A stretch of 64,000 bases of DNA from Squalus acanthias (Eukaryota), in assembly GCA_030390025.1 (NCBI GenBank), contig CM059440.1, positions 8,866,001-8,930,000 on the forward strand, in the 5' to 3' direction. Under the pieces are notes generated by a model. That model saw only the letters and a program-made list of their open reading frames with translations, ran no database searches and was not told the DNA's origin. The position numbers and the translations under genes are program-made. Shown here piece by piece: positions 63,359 through 64,000 of this stretch. Numbering within the stretch: the first letter of the stretch is position 1; the number at the start of each line of letters is the position of its first letter.

Positions 63359-64000
63359 GTACCACCGCTGGTTTCCGCGATTTTATACCCCATTTATAAA
63401 CTGGAAAATGGTTTGTTTTTCCACTGGGCCTGATTTCAAAACTCTGAACAAGTGCAATAATTAGGCCCCTCACTTTTTGCTTGTTCATGGAAGAGAGAAG
63501 AGACATTACATTACAGTTTCTGATGCTGCATGGAAAATTAATTTTCAACATCCCAGCCTCACTAAATATCCCTCTGGTTAATGTATTGTTTCTTCTTTTG
63601 ATTCATTCTTTTTCTGTGTGCAAGATTTGTCTCTTGCTCAAGCTTTTTATTTACTACATATTGTGTGGTCTATGGTACAGCAGCATTCAATGGATTACTT
63701 AAAGCTAAACTTCTGAATGCTCTGAGCCAATATAATTGATTTGCCTGACAAGTTCACTATTGGAAAATACTACCTGCTAGCAACAATTTGATCAAGCAAC
63801 TTGTTTGGTGCAAGGTGCTTTCTCTTTTCAGAAAACATGAAGGAAAATGTAGAAATTTAATTGCAGTCTTCAAAGAGTGAGTGGACACTCTCCTGTTTTG
63901 TAATAAGATAAAATGATGGAGCTGTTACTGTAAATATATAGTAGTGCTTCTAAGGGTGCATTTACGCTACAAGTTTGGCATCTGTGAAAAGAGTGTTTTC

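Noticed and set aside
1-64000. CRISPR arrays, tRNA/rRNA genes, prokaryotic operons
   Set aside because: None seen; the tRNA-like A/B boxes all belong to SINE heads

Overview
This is non-coding vertebrate genomic DNA, almost certainly from a cartilaginous fish (shark), judged from its repeat families. These include CR1 and L2 LINE 3' fragments, a second CR1-superfamily LINE with a partner SINE, Deu-domain (SacSINE1-like) SINEs, old LF-SINE-like and AmnSINE2-like SINEs, several MITEs, and short Penelope-like elements carrying minimal hammerhead ribozyme motifs. I could not recognise any complete host protein-coding gene; every ORF I can assign lies in a LINE or other repeat. The window looks like part of a large intron or gene desert, probably of a + strand gene, with a few unconfirmed candidate exons and two good CTCF motifs. 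The most notable structures are: a young 99-bp near-perfect hairpin of Penelope origin with a 14-bp TSD; hammerhead-bearing insertions that share a YCTCTAT 3' junction; two locally templated insertions; and nested transposon stacks. Family names are recalled from memory, not from a database search, and most old-repeat boundaries are approximate.
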